From Thermoleophilia bacterium UBA2241 (lineage in GTDB: Bacteria; Actinomycetota; Thermoleophilia; UBA2241), in contig DDYF01000013.1 in NCBI GenBank assembly GCA_002347645.1, positions 5,845-69,844 on the forward strand: a stretch of 64,000 nucleotides of DNA, written 5' to 3'. Position numbers and translations under genes: made by a program. The stretch's first letter is position 1, and each line of letters opens with the position of its first letter. This document shows, in pieces, positions 49,888-59,490 of the stretch. The notes below the pieces were generated by a model that saw only the letters and a list, made by a program, of their open reading frames with translations, searched no databases and was not told the origin of the DNA.

Positions 49888-50928
49888 GTGAGTAGCATCC
49901 TCAAGCCGATCGTCGAGCTGCTTCACTGGGTGCTCATGTGGTTGCACGACACCCTCTCGTCCATCGGTCTCTCGGAGGACTGGACGTGGGGTCTCGCGAT
50001 CATCGGCCTGACGATCATCGTGCGCCTGCTCATGTTCCCGCTGACCTGGAAGCAGTACAAATCGTCGCGCGCGATGCAGGCTCTGGCCCCGCACATCAAG
50101 CAGCTGCAGCGCAAGCATAAGGACGATCGCCAGATGCTCCAGCAGGAGACGATGCGCCTGTACTCGGAGCACAAGGTGAACCCCTTCGCCTCGTGCCTGC
50201 CCCTGCTCATCCAGATGCCGGTCTTCTTCGCTCTCTACTACACCATTCGTGGCGCGGACTACTTGCCCAAGGCCGAGACCGACGCGCTCTACAACGCCGC
50301 GTTCCTCTGGCTGCCCAAGCTCGGCGAGGCCGACCCGTACTACATCCTGCTCATCATCTATGTGGCCTCGCAGATGATCTCCACCGAGCTCATGATGACG
50401 CCGCAGACCGAGGGCATGCAGAAGTGGATGATGCGCGGCATGCCGGTCATCTTCGTGTTCATGCTCTTCCGCTTCCCGTCCGGGCTGTTCGTCTACTGGG
50501 TGACGACGAACCTGTGGACGATCGGCCAGCAGCTCATCATCCGGCGGGCGATGCCGATCCTCAGTCTCGAGGCGGCGGCAGCGGATGGCGGCGGCAAAGG
50601 CGGCAAGAGTGGTAAGGCCGCCGCGGCCGCGCCGCCGCAGAAGCGCGGCCGCTTCATGGAGGCGATGATGGCGGCGCAGGAACGGCGCCAGTCGCAGTAC
50701 AACGAGAAGCGCAAGGCGGCGGAGGGCGCGGCCAAGGGATCCGGCTCCAAGGTGGCGGATACCAAGGGCACCGGCGCCAAGAAGGCCGCAGCGAAGCAGG
50801 GCGGCAAGCAGAGTGCCAAGAAGGGTGGCAAGCGGCCGCCCCCGGGTAAGGGCGCGCGGCCGAAGCCGGCGAAGCCCGCCCCCGCTCCCGACTACGACGA
50901 AGACGACGACAAGCCGCCGTACCGCTGA
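49888..50928 (+). CDS. yidC: membrane protein insertase YidC
   Basis: Conserved YidC core (LMFPLTWKQYKSSRAMQALAPHIKQLQ). Lys-rich C-terminal tail. GTG start. Confidence 0.85.
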   Translation: MSSILKPIVELLHWVLMWLHDTLSSIGLSEDWTWGLAIIGLTIIVRLLMFPLTWKQYKSSRAMQALAPHIKQLQRKHKDDRQMLQQETMRLYSEHKVNPFASCLPLLIQMPVFFALYYTIRGADYLPKAETDALYNAAFLWLPKLGEADPYYILLIIYVASQMISTELMMTPQTEGMQKWMMRGMPVIFVFMLFRFPSGLFVYWVTTNLWTIGQQLIIRRAMPILSLEAAAADGGGKGGKSGKAAAAAPPQKRGRFMEAMMAAQERRQSQYNEKRKAAEGAAKGSGSKVADTKGTGAKKAAAKQGGKQSAKKGGKRPPPGKGARPKPAKPAPAPDYDEDDDKPPYR

Positions 50929-50972
50929 GTGACGGCCGGCTGACCTGCACGAGACAGTGATCGGAGGCACGG

Positions 50973-51839
50973 ATGGACGGATCCGAGCTTCAGCCGACCG
51001 ACGACGCCGCTGCTGACTTCTTGGGCGGTCCCGAGAACGAACGTCTCGACGACGACCGCGACCTCGACCACGACCTCAAGGACGAGGGCGAAAACGACGA
51101 CGACCTCGGAGACGAGGAAGCGGACGAGGACGACGAGGGCGACGACGAAGAAGAGACGCACGCGACCATCGGCAGCGCCGCGACGGTCGAGGCGGCGAAA
51201 CGTCTTGCGCTCGAGGGCTTGCGCAAGATCGTCCCATCCGCCGACGAGGCAGACGTCGAGTTCATCGTCCTCGAAGAGGGCAGCAAAGGCGGCTTGTTCG
51301 GCCGCGGCAAGGTCGAGGCCCAGGTCGAGGCGCGCCTGCGCCCGGCGACCTCCGTCGCGGAGCCCGCCGACGAGGGTCCTCCGCCGAGCGCCGGCGCCCT
51401 CCGCGAGTTCGTCCAGGGTGTCGTCGACCGCATGGGCGTGGAGGCCGCCGTCGAGGCCTACGACACGCCTGAGGCGGTCCGTGCCGAGATCAGCGGCGAC
51501 GACCTTGGCATCCTCATCGGGCGCCACGGCACGACGATCGATGCCCTCCAGTACATCTCCGCGATCGTCGTGAACGGCGACCGTCGTCACCGGCGACAGG
51601 TCGTCGTCGACGCGGAGGGCTATCGTGCGCGCCGCGAGGTCTCGCTCAAGGCGCTCGCCGACCGCATGGCGCAGAAGGCCACCCGTGAGGCGGGCAGCGT
51701 GCAGCTGAAGCCCATGACGGCCGCCGAGCGCAAGGTCATCCACCTGCATCTCAGGGACGACCCCCGCGTCGCGACGGCCTCGGAGGGCAACGAGCCCTTC
51801 CGCGCCGTGGTGATCTCGCCGCGTCAACGGCACGACTGA
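50973..51839 (+). CDS. jag: Jag/KhpB RNA-binding protein (KH + R3H domains)
   Basis: Acidic N-terminus. GILIGRHGTTIDALQYI (KH). C-terminal R3H. Conserved position after yidC. Confidence 0.8.
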   Translation: MDGSELQPTDDAAADFLGGPENERLDDDRDLDHDLKDEGENDDDLGDEEADEDDEGDDEEETHATIGSAATVEAAKRLALEGLRKIVPSADEADVEFIVLEEGSKGGLFGRGKVEAQVEARLRPATSVAEPADEGPPPSAGALREFVQGVVDRMGVEAAVEAYDTPEAVRAEISGDDLGILIGRHGTTIDALQYISAIVVNGDRRHRRQVVVDAEGYRARREVSLKALADRMAQKATREAGSVQLKPMTAAERKVIHLHLRDDPRVATASEGNEPFRAVVISPRQRHD

Positions 51840-51974
51840 GGCGCGCACGGGTAGACTGCCCCCGGGTGCGGGCGTGGCTCAAGCAGGACTCGCCGAGCGT
51901 CGATAGAACAGCCTGAGGCCAGCGCGATGCACACGCGCGGCCCTAGCGCAGGAACACGAGGGAAGGGACATCGT

Positions 51975-52967
51975 ATGCGTCGCAAGGACTTGTCAGTGTG
52001 GGTGGCCCTGCTCATGGCGCTCGCGTTGGTGGCCGTGCTCGCCACCGGGTGCGGCGACGAGGGGACGAGCGCGTCTCCGGACGAGAGCAGTGCCCCGCCC
52101 GCGGTGGAGCTCACCGGACAAGAGATCGTCGACCAGAGCACGGAGGCGATGAGCGGTCTCACTTCGGCGTCGTTCACCGCCGATCTCAAGCTCGACCTCG
52201 AAGGCGACGCCAGCAAGATGACGGACCCTGCCGCCCAGCAACTGCTCAGCAAGCCGATCACCGTCCACGCCGAGGGCAGCAGCAGCACCGAGCCGCGGGC
52301 CTCCGACATGGACGTCACCGTCGCGCTCATGGGCCAGAACCTGGCCATGACGGTGCTGAACGAGGGCAAGAAGGCCTGGGTCCAGTACGAGAGCACCTGG
52401 TACGCGGTCCCGGAGGAGAACGCCAAGGCGCTGACCGAGGAGTCGAGCGCGCTCCCCACCGAGCAACTCGAGGACCTCGGGCTCGACCCCAAGGGCTGGG
52501 ACGTCGAGTGGACCGTCGTCGGCACCGAGACGGTGGACGGCGCCGAGGTCTACCATCTCACGGCGTCGCCCGATCCCAAGAAGATCGCCGCCGACATGAT
52601 GAAGGCGCTCGAAGACCCGGAGCTCTACAAGAAGCTCGGTGACGAACAGACGGCGGAGCAGCTCAAGGCGATGAAGGGACAGAACGCCAAGGAGCTCGAG
52701 CAGATGCAGGAAGCGCTCGAGTCGGTCGACGTCGACCTCTGGATCGACACCGAGAGCATGTACCTGCGCAAGGGCGCCGTCCTCGTCGGCATGAACACCG
52801 AGGGCATGGAGGGCGCCGAAGGCCTTACCGCCATGAACGTCGCCGTCGACTTCACCATGGCCGGCTTCGACGAGCCCGTCGAGGTCGAGGCGCCGGCGAA
52901 AGCCAAGAAGTTCGATGCACTCATGGAGCAGCTCGTGGGTGGGATGATGGGAGGCGCCTCCCTGTAG
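51975..52967 (+). CDS. lipoprotein, LolA-like/outer-membrane-lipoprotein-sorting fold (hypothetical)
   Basis: Signal plus lipobox (LAVLATGCG). No catalytic motifs. Confidence 0.45.
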   Translation: MRRKDLSVWVALLMALALVAVLATGCGDEGTSASPDESSAPPAVELTGQEIVDQSTEAMSGLTSASFTADLKLDLEGDASKMTDPAAQQLLSKPITVHAEGSSSTEPRASDMDVTVALMGQNLAMTVLNEGKKAWVQYESTWYAVPEENAKALTEESSALPTEQLEDLGLDPKGWDVEWTVVGTETVDGAEVYHLTASPDPKKIAADMMKALEDPELYKKLGDEQTAEQLKAMKGQNAKELEQMQEALESVDVDLWIDTESMYLRKGAVLVGMNTEGMEGAEGLTAMNVAVDFTMAGFDEPVEVEAPAKAKKFDALMEQLVGGMMGGASL

Positions 52968-53001
52968 GTGCCGTCGACATCCGCCGCACGACGGCGGCCG
53001 A

Positions 53002-53050
53002 CACTACGAGACGGGCGGGGCGGCGCCGCGTGAGGCGCCGCCCCGCCTGT
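53002..53050. terminator. bidirectional hairpin terminator between convergent genes
   Basis: About 20-bp stem GAGACGGGCGGGGCGGCGCC-GCGUGA-GGCGCCGCCCCGCCUGUCUC. Confidence 0.55.
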
Positions 53051-53087
53051 CTCGTACCCTGCGCCGCGCCTTCTGCGCCGCGGCGCA

Positions 53088-54296
53088 TCAGTCCCAGTCG
53101 AAGTCGCGCGCCTGAGTCCGCTCCCAACTGGTGGGCTTGTCGTCGGTGCGCTGCCCGAGCAGCGACCCGGAGAGGATGTCGGGGTCGCCGGTGGCGGGCG
53201 GCGGCGCCTCCGCAGGTCCCGCCCGGGGGGCGGGCGCCTCGGCGGCGGGCGCCTCGTCGTGCTGTCGCTGCGCCGCGGCGCGACTGATCCTCGCGGCAGC
53301 GAGGTGCACGGTCCCGTCGGCTCGCACGGTCGCGTTGGGCTGCAGGTCGGCGCGGTCGTCGTAACCCCGGTCGGCGAAGCGTACGCCGCCCGTCTCGATG
53401 TCGACCGCGAAGCGGTACCAGCCCATCGACCATATGAACGTCGCCGTGGGCGTCTCGCCGTCGAACCCCACGTGGACCGTCGGGATGCCGAGGTCGGTGT
53501 TCGTCTCGGCGATCTTGCGTGGCACGGGGCTCACGTTGAGGAGGTCGACGCCGCGCTGCAGCAGCGTCATGGACGTGCCCTGCGTCTCGAGGCCGTCAAC
53601 GCCGGCCGCCCCCTCGGCTTCGGCAGTCTCCACCGACGGGGCCTCCGTCTCGGCGCGCGCCGCCTCTTCGTGCCCCGGCTCGACGGCGCCCCCTGCGGCG
53701 GTGTCCTCCTCCACGGCGGCCGACTCGTCGGGCAGTGCGTCGAGGGATTCCGGCTCGCCGGGCTGCGCCGCTTCGTCGAGCTTGGCCCGCCCTGCGTCGG
53801 GGAGGCCCGCAGCTGGGATGGCGGCGGTGTCTTCGAGAGCGAGCCGGTGGGCCTCCTCGTCGACGGGCCGCTCGGCGGGCTGCGACCCGGCCGGTGCCTG
53901 CGATCCGGCCTCGAGGCGGCCAAGGCGACCCATGAGTTCCTCGCGCGCGGCCTCGCTACGCGCGAGTTCTTCCTCGAGGCGCTCGATCTGCGCGTCGCGG
54001 TCTTTGATCGCCTTCCAGAGCGCTTCGTTCTCGCCGCGTCCGGAGGCGCTGCCGCCGACGCCCTGCGCGTCGTCGTCGGCGTCGGCGGCAGCGCCTGCAC
54101 CATTCCCCGCCTTAGGCCGGCCGCCACCGGTCGTCGCCAGGCGGGCGGTCCCGCAGAGCGAGCACAGCAGCCTCTCCTCGCCGTCCTCGCCCTCGACCTT
54201 CTGCGTCCACTCTCCCGCGAGCAGGGTGCGGCCACACTGGTAGCAGACCGGCTCGTCGCTCGCGTCCTTGTTCTTGCCGAACAGACGTCCCAGCAT
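53088..54296 (-). CDS. hypothetical protein: N-terminal CxxC...CxxC zinc ribbon, coiled-coil, acidic low-complexity linker, conserved C-terminal domain
   Basis: Start at MLGRLFGKNKD. CYQCGRT...CSLCGT zinc-ribbon motif. IERLEEELARSEAAREEL coiled-coil. Confidence 0.45.
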   Translation of the reverse strand: MLGRLFGKNKDASDEPVCYQCGRTLLAGEWTQKVEGEDGEERLLCSLCGTARLATTGGGRPKAGNGAGAAADADDDAQGVGGSASGRGENEALWKAIKDRDAQIERLEEELARSEAAREELMGRLGRLEAGSQAPAGSQPAERPVDEEAHRLALEDTAAIPAAGLPDAGRAKLDEAAQPGEPESLDALPDESAAVEEDTAAGGAVEPGHEEAARAETEAPSVETAEAEGAAGVDGLETQGTSMTLLQRGVDLLNVSPVPRKIAETNTDLGIPTVHVGFDGETPTATFIWSMGWYRFAVDIETGGVRFADRGYDDRADLQPNATVRADGTVHLAAARISRAAAQRQHDEAPAAEAPAPRAGPAEAPPPATGDPDILSGSLLGQRTDDKPTSWERTQARDFDWD

Positions 54297-54393
54297 CGTC
54301 GCTCCCTCGTTAGAGAAGCCCTCACGGGCGAAGAAATCGCTGCAAGCGGCCAAGAGCATAGCAGAGGCCGCAGGCGCCACGGAAGCGCACCGT

Positions 54394-54795
54394 TCAGCGC
54401 CCTTCGAGGTCGCTCCGCCGAACCACCAGGGTGTCCGTGATCATGTCGCCGAAGCGCTGCCGGCGCTGTGAGAACGGCACGATCAGCAGGTAGGGGATCA
54501 TGGCCATCAGCGCCTCGGGCAGCCTTGTCAACGCGCGGACCACGTGAGCGAGGGCCTCCGGCTTCTCGCCGTTGACGGTGACGACCTTGAGGCCGAACAG
54601 CCGCTTGCCCAGCGTCGCCTGGTAGTAGACCTCGCAGACGATGAAGTAGAGGAGTGGAGGGACGGTCACGGCGAGCAGCCTGAAGGCGACTGCCAGCGCG
54701 GGGACGGCCGCGCCGGCGGCGACGAGCCCCGCGAAGAGGGCCGCCATCAACGCCGTGTCGAGCGCTCCGGCCGCCAGTCGTCTCGGGAGGCGCAC
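54394..54795 (-). CDS. RDD family membrane protein
   Basis: R-D-D pattern. Two TM segments. LGKRLFGLKVV motif. Confidence 0.6.
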   Translation of the reverse strand: MRLPRRLAAGALDTALMAALFAGLVAAGAAVPALAVAFRLLAVTVPPLLYFIVCEVYYQATLGKRLFGLKVVTVNGEKPEALAHVVRALTRLPEALMAMIPYLLIVPFSQRRQRFGDMITDTLVVRRSDLEGR

Positions 54796-54823
54796 GCCCG
54801 TCAGCGGGGGCGGTGCGGACAGC

Positions 54824-55054
54824 TCACTCCTCCTCGTCCTCTTCGGGTTCGTTCTCGTAGCTCGCGAGGACGTCGCGCGCGCGCGCCAGGTCGCCCTCCC
54901 GCACGAGGATCTGGATCGGGATCACCTCGTCCACGGGGAAGACGTCGTCGACAGTGCCGGTCGTGGTCGATTCGATGCCGGCCTGATCGAGGACTCCGCG
55001 GACGATGCTCGCAAGGCCGACGTCGTGGACGGTGGTCAGCGTCACAAGATCCAT
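54824..55054 (-). CDS. DUF2007 (putative signal-transducing) small protein
   Basis: 76 aa. Acidic C-terminus EEDEEE. GIESTTTGTVDDVFPVD typical of DUF2007. Confidence 0.5.
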   Translation of the reverse strand: MDLVTLTTVHDVGLASIVRGVLDQAGIESTTTGTVDDVFPVDEVIPIQILVREGDLARARDVLASYENEPEEDEEE

Positions 55055-55225
55055 GGCCTCACCTCGTGGTCCGAGGGACGGTGCGGCGCCCGCGGCCGCA
55101 GGCGGTCGGGCGCGATCCGATTATACCCGCGTGCCGCGGGCCCACCCGGCCGGATGCCGGGCCGGCGCAGGAGTCGAGCGCACTCGCCCGGCCCGCAGGG
55201 GTGACTGCGTCACCACCGCGGGGGG

Positions 55226-56080
55226 TCACGTCGCTCCCGCGCGCAAGGCGAGCAGCCTCTCGACGTTGGAGCGGTCGGGTCCGTCGCCGGCGTCGCCGGG
55301 CACCTCGAGGATGCCGGGCAGGCCGGCGAACGCGGGGTGGTTGACGATCTGGGCGAAGGCCCGCAGGCCGAGGTCGCCGTCGCCGATGTTCTCGTGCCGG
55401 TCGCGGTTCGACCCGAGCGCCGTCTTGGAGTCGTTCAGATGCAGGCACACGAGGCGGTCGAGGCCGCAGGTCGCGTCGAGGCCGGCGATCGCCGCCTCGA
55501 GGCCTTCGGGCGTGCGGAGCTCGACACCCGACTCGAAGAGGTGGGCGGTGTCGAGGCACAACCCGACGCGCGGATCGCCGTCGACCGCGTCGATCATCGC
55601 CGCCAGTTCGGCGAAGTCGACGCCCATCGTGCCGCCGGCGCCGGCCGTGTTCTCGAGCAGGACACGCACCGGCGAGTCGCCTGCCTCGTCGAGGGCGCGG
55701 CCCAGCGCGGTCTGGACGCGCCGCAGGCCGGGCTCGAAACCCGCGCCCTGGTGCGAGCCGATGTGGGTGACGATGGCGTCGGCGCCGAGTTGCTCGGCAG
55801 CGACCACCGCACCGACGAGCGCCGTCACCGACTTCTCGTAGAAGTCCTCGTTCGTGCTCGCGAGGTTGATGAGGTAGATGGTGTGGATGAGGACGAAGCG
55901 GATGGGGGACGCGGCGCGCGCTTCGCGAAAGCGCGCCGCGTCCTTCTCGCTGTACAGCTGCGGTTTCCAGGTGCGCGGACTGCCGGCGAAGAACTGGATC
56001 GCCTCGCACCCGAGCTCGACCCCGTTGTCGATCGCCTTCCAGACGCCGCCCGAGGCGCGAACGTGAGCGCCGATGTACAT
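55226..56080 (-). CDS. nfo: deoxyribonuclease IV (endonuclease IV, apurinic/apyrimidinic endonuclease)
   Basis: MYIGAHV start. TIM-barrel AP-endonuclease 2 family motifs (LENTAG, HLNDS). Confidence 0.8.
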   Translation of the reverse strand: MYIGAHVRASGGVWKAIDNGVELGCEAIQFFAGSPRTWKPQLYSEKDAARFREARAASPIRFVLIHTIYLINLASTNEDFYEKSVTALVGAVVAAEQLGADAIVTHIGSHQGAGFEPGLRRVQTALGRALDEAGDSPVRVLLENTAGAGGTMGVDFAELAAMIDAVDGDPRVGLCLDTAHLFESGVELRTPEGLEAAIAGLDATCGLDRLVCLHLNDSKTALGSNRDRHENIGDGDLGLRAFAQIVNHPAFAGLPGILEVPGDAGDGPDRSNVERLLALRAGAT

Positions 56081-56214
56081 GGCTCCCTCCTTCTCTCGGG
56101 CCTGAGTCTATCTCGCGGCGTGATAGGGTTTCCGTTCGGGCGACGCGCGCTGCTTCGTGCAGCCGGCGCGCCACCCCGTCCGCGAGAACCTATCCTACGG
56201 AGCGACGTCCTCTC

Positions 56215-59004
56215 ATGTGCGGCATCTTCGGCTTTTCCGGGGCGCGGGACCACGAGCTGCTCGGCCGTATGGCCGCCGTCCTCGTGCACCGCGGTCCCGA
56301 CGACGCGGGCAGCCTGGAGCGTGACGACGTCAGCCTCGGGCACCGGCGCCTGTCGATCATCGACCGCGCGGGCGGCCATCAGCCGATCGCGAACGAGGAC
56401 GAGACCGTCTGGCTCGTCTACAACGGCGAGGTCTATAACTACCGCGAGTTGCGCCTTGAACTCGAGCGGGCGGGGCACGCCTTCCGCACGCAGAGCGACA
56501 GCGAGGTCATCGTCCACGCGTACGAGGAGTGGGGGCCCGCGTGCGCGGCGCGCTTCAACGGCATGTGGGCCTTCGCCGTCGCCGACCTGCGCTCCGGCAA
56601 GCTCGTCCTGTGTCGCGACCACTTCGGCATCAAGCCGCTGTACTACACGCGCTCGCCAAGGACCGGGAAGCTGCTGTTCGCCTCCGAGATCAAGGCGCTC
56701 CTTCAGGACCCGGACGTCGCCGCGCGGCCCGACGACCAGGTCGTCTTCGAGTACCTCCTGCACGGGATGCACGAGCATCGTCCCGAGACGTTCTTCGCGG
56801 GGATCTTCCACGTGCCCCCGGCGACGTGGGTCGAGGTCCCGCTCGGTGCGACCGCGACCGAGGCGCCGGGCGCCGCTGGCGCCGCGGCTCCCCAGGCCTC
56901 GCCGCCCGCCGCCCTCACGGCGACCGCCTTCTGGGAGCCGAGGTTGCGGGGCGACGGCAGCGCCGACCCGGCGGAGTTCCGGCGCCTCTTCCGCACGGCC
57001 GTCGAACGGCGCCTCGTGTCGGAGGTGCCGGTCGGCTCGTGCCTCTCCGGCGGTCTCGATTCCACGACGATCGTCAGCTTCATGAGCGAGCTGCTCAAGG
57101 AAGAGGCCCCCGACGCCGCGTCGCTTCAGGGGCAGCTCAAGACGTTCTCGGCCGTGTTCGACGGCGACCCGATCGACGAGCGCGCCTACATCGAGGTCGC
57201 GGTGGGATCGACGGGTGCCGACACCACGTACACCAACCCGACGTCACCGCAGTTCGTCGACGAGTTGCGCGACTTCATGTGGCATCAGGAAGAGCCCATG
57301 GTCAGCACCGGCCCGTACGCGCAGTGGTGTGTCATGCGCCTCGCCCGCGAGCAGGTCACGGTCCTGCTCGACGGCCAGGGCGGCGACGAGCTGCTCGCGG
57401 GGTACGTCCCGTACCAGCTCGTGTACCTGCGCGAGCTGTGGAAGACAGGGAAGCGCGAGGAGCTGCGCCACGAAGCGCTCGCCGCGCGCGACGTGCTGGC
57501 GCCGCTCGTCAAGCGGCGCCTCGCGCAGCGCCGCAAGCGCTTCGGAGTCAAGGGCGCGCTCGCCCCGCGCTTTCTCGCGCGCGCGCGCGACCCGGGCTAC
57601 GGCCGCTCGCAGGACGACCTCAAGCTTCGGCTCCTGCAGGACCTCCTCACGTACAGCCTGCCGTGCCTGCTCCGGTACGAGGACAGGAACTCGATGGCCT
57701 TCTCGGTCGAGAGCCGTGTCCCGTATCTCGACCAGGAGCTCGTGGAGCACATCCTCAGCCTTCCGTCGAATGTCATCGTGCGCGACGGCTGGAGTCGCTG
57801 GATCCTCCGCGAGGCGCTCAAGGGCACCCTGCCCGAGAAGATCCGCCGCCGGCGCTGGAAGGTCGGCTTCACGACGCCCGAGATGCGCTGGATCAAGGCG
57901 CGCCGCGCGGCGTTCACGAGTCTCTACCAGTCACCCGCCTTCCAGTCGCGCCCGTTCTGGCGCGGGGAACAGGTGCTCGACGCCTTCCGTCGCTGCTGCA
58001 AGGGCGAGGTCGAGGACTCGTGGTTCTTCTGGCGGGCGATCAACGTCGAGCTGTGGCTGCGTGAGTTCTGCGACCGCCCGGTCGTCGTCGAAGGCGCCGA
58101 CCTCGCGGCGGCGCTGACCGCGCCGGTCGAGGTCGGCCCCAGGCGCCGCGGTTCGGTCGCCGACGCGGGGGACGCCCTCGTCCCCGCGCTGCTCGAGGCG
58201 GGCGACGCCCGGAGCGGGGCAGCGCGCCGCTCCATAGCCGAGCGTCTGCTGGGCGCGTACCAGCCGAACGAGATGAAGCACCTGTTCGCGGCGGTCGACG
58301 GGACGGTGTTCGCCCGGCTGCCCGTCAAGACTGACCTCGTGGGAAAAGGCGACGACCTCGACGACCTGTTCCGCCGGCAGGTGCTCCCGCACGTCCTGCC
58401 GGACGACGTCGTCGCTGTGGCCGAGAAGCCCGTCGCGGCCAGCCAGGGCCGCTCGTATCCCATCGCCGAGATCGAGCCGACGCGGCTGGCGCGCGTGCTG
58501 AGTAAGGCGGTGACTCGCACGCCGCACGGCATCGGGCTCGGCATGCCCGAGACGATGCAGCTGGCGCTCGACGAAGCCGGAGCGCCGCGGATCATCGTCG
58601 CCGCCGCCGCCGCGGCGGCCGGCCGCGTCGTCGGCACGCGCGGCCTGTTCTACAAGATCGCCGGCCCGACCGTCGAGGCGATCGACGGCCCCACGCCGTA
58701 CACGCTGCCGCCGCACAACACGCACGCCAAGCTCGGCCCCGCCGACCCTGACGGCGTGGCCGCCCGGCTCTCGGCGCTGCTCTCGCGGGAGGCTCCACGG
58801 GTCGCGGCGGCCGGAAACGGGCGTCCGGCCGTCGTTGGCGTCGCCGTCATCGACGCCAGCGACCTCGACGTGCACGTCCTCGGGGCGTCGCCGGGCGTCG
58901 ATCCGGCCCTCGTCCGACGGCTCATGCTCGACAACCCCTTGGGCCAGGGCCACGAGCAGACGCCCGTGGCCATCCTGCGGCCGCTCGGGCGTCTGCCGCG
59001 CTGA
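56215..59004 (+). CDS. asparagine synthase (glutamine-hydrolysing)-type amidotransferase fused to a C-terminal CofE-like (F420-0:gamma-glutamyl ligase family) domain
   Basis: MCGIFGF Ntn-glutaminase start. SGGLDS PP-loop. Residues about 640-929 (GDDLDDLFRRQVLPHVLPDDVVAVAEKPVAASQGR...NGRPAVVGVAVID...VAILRP) resemble CofE motifs GDDL...DGDVLVV..V.SKAEGR / NGR..GVVG.AIG / AVVVRG. Confidence 0.6.
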   Translation: MCGIFGFSGARDHELLGRMAAVLVHRGPDDAGSLERDDVSLGHRRLSIIDRAGGHQPIANEDETVWLVYNGEVYNYRELRLELERAGHAFRTQSDSEVIVHAYEEWGPACAARFNGMWAFAVADLRSGKLVLCRDHFGIKPLYYTRSPRTGKLLFASEIKALLQDPDVAARPDDQVVFEYLLHGMHEHRPETFFAGIFHVPPATWVEVPLGATATEAPGAAGAAAPQASPPAALTATAFWEPRLRGDGSADPAEFRRLFRTAVERRLVSEVPVGSCLSGGLDSTTIVSFMSELLKEEAPDAASLQGQLKTFSAVFDGDPIDERAYIEVAVGSTGADTTYTNPTSPQFVDELRDFMWHQEEPMVSTGPYAQWCVMRLAREQVTVLLDGQGGDELLAGYVPYQLVYLRELWKTGKREELRHEALAARDVLAPLVKRRLAQRRKRFGVKGALAPRFLARARDPGYGRSQDDLKLRLLQDLLTYSLPCLLRYEDRNSMAFSVESRVPYLDQELVEHILSLPSNVIVRDGWSRWILREALKGTLPEKIRRRRWKVGFTTPEMRWIKARRAAFTSLYQSPAFQSRPFWRGEQVLDAFRRCCKGEVEDSWFFWRAINVELWLREFCDRPVVVEGADLAAALTAPVEVGPRRRGSVADAGDALVPALLEAGDARSGAARRSIAERLLGAYQPNEMKHLFAAVDGTVFARLPVKTDLVGKGDDLDDLFRRQVLPHVLPDDVVAVAEKPVAASQGRSYPIAEIEPTRLARVLSKAVTRTPHGIGLGMPETMQLALDEAGAPRIIVAAAAAAAGRVVGTRGLFYKIAGPTVEAIDGPTPYTLPPHNTHAKLGPADPDGVAARLSALLSREAPRVAAAGNGRPAVVGVAVIDASDLDVHVLGASPGVDPALVRRLMLDNPLGQGHEQTPVAILRPLGRLPR

Positions 59005-59043
59005 CGCCGGCGCTGTCGCGCCGTCCCCGCGGCGAGGCCGGCG

Positions 59044-59358
59044 TCAGTCCTTGGTGACTCGTATGATGACGTCCCGGGGCAGGGCGAGGCCGGCCGCTAC
59101 CTCGATCGCCTTGAGGATGCCCGTCGGCACGGGGCAGGCGGCGTGGGCGCAGTGCAGGCGCGCGAGCTCGTAGGTGAGTGGCCCGTCGCCGCGAAACGTG
59201 ATCTCGCGGAACGGATCCACGTCCGTGAGCGCAGCGGCGAGCTTGCGGATGTGCTCGCAGTCGCTCTCGATCGTCACCGTCAAGGCGCGGCCCTCTCCGG
59301 CGATATGGACCGTCGTCGAGAAGCCACAGATGCCGGCGTCGACATGCGCAGTCGCCAT
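59044..59358 (-). CDS. hypothetical small Cys/His-rich protein
   Basis: 104 aa. CGFS...CEH...HCAHAACP motifs suggest a metal or redox site. No family recognised. Confidence 0.4.
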   Translation of the reverse strand: MATAHVDAGICGFSTTVHIAGEGRALTVTIESDCEHIRKLAAALTDVDPFREITFRGDGPLTYELARLHCAHAACPVPTGILKAIEVAAGLALPRDVIIRVTKD

Positions 59359-59490
59359 GAACTCCTCCTTGAGATCGTCGGTCGTCTTCCGACCTCGCGT
59401 ACGGGTGCGCGGGCGTCACCGCGTCGAACCGGTGATACCCCCGTCGAGTATCGAGGCAATCCCCAGGAAGGCGGGCGGTAAGCGCCGCAC

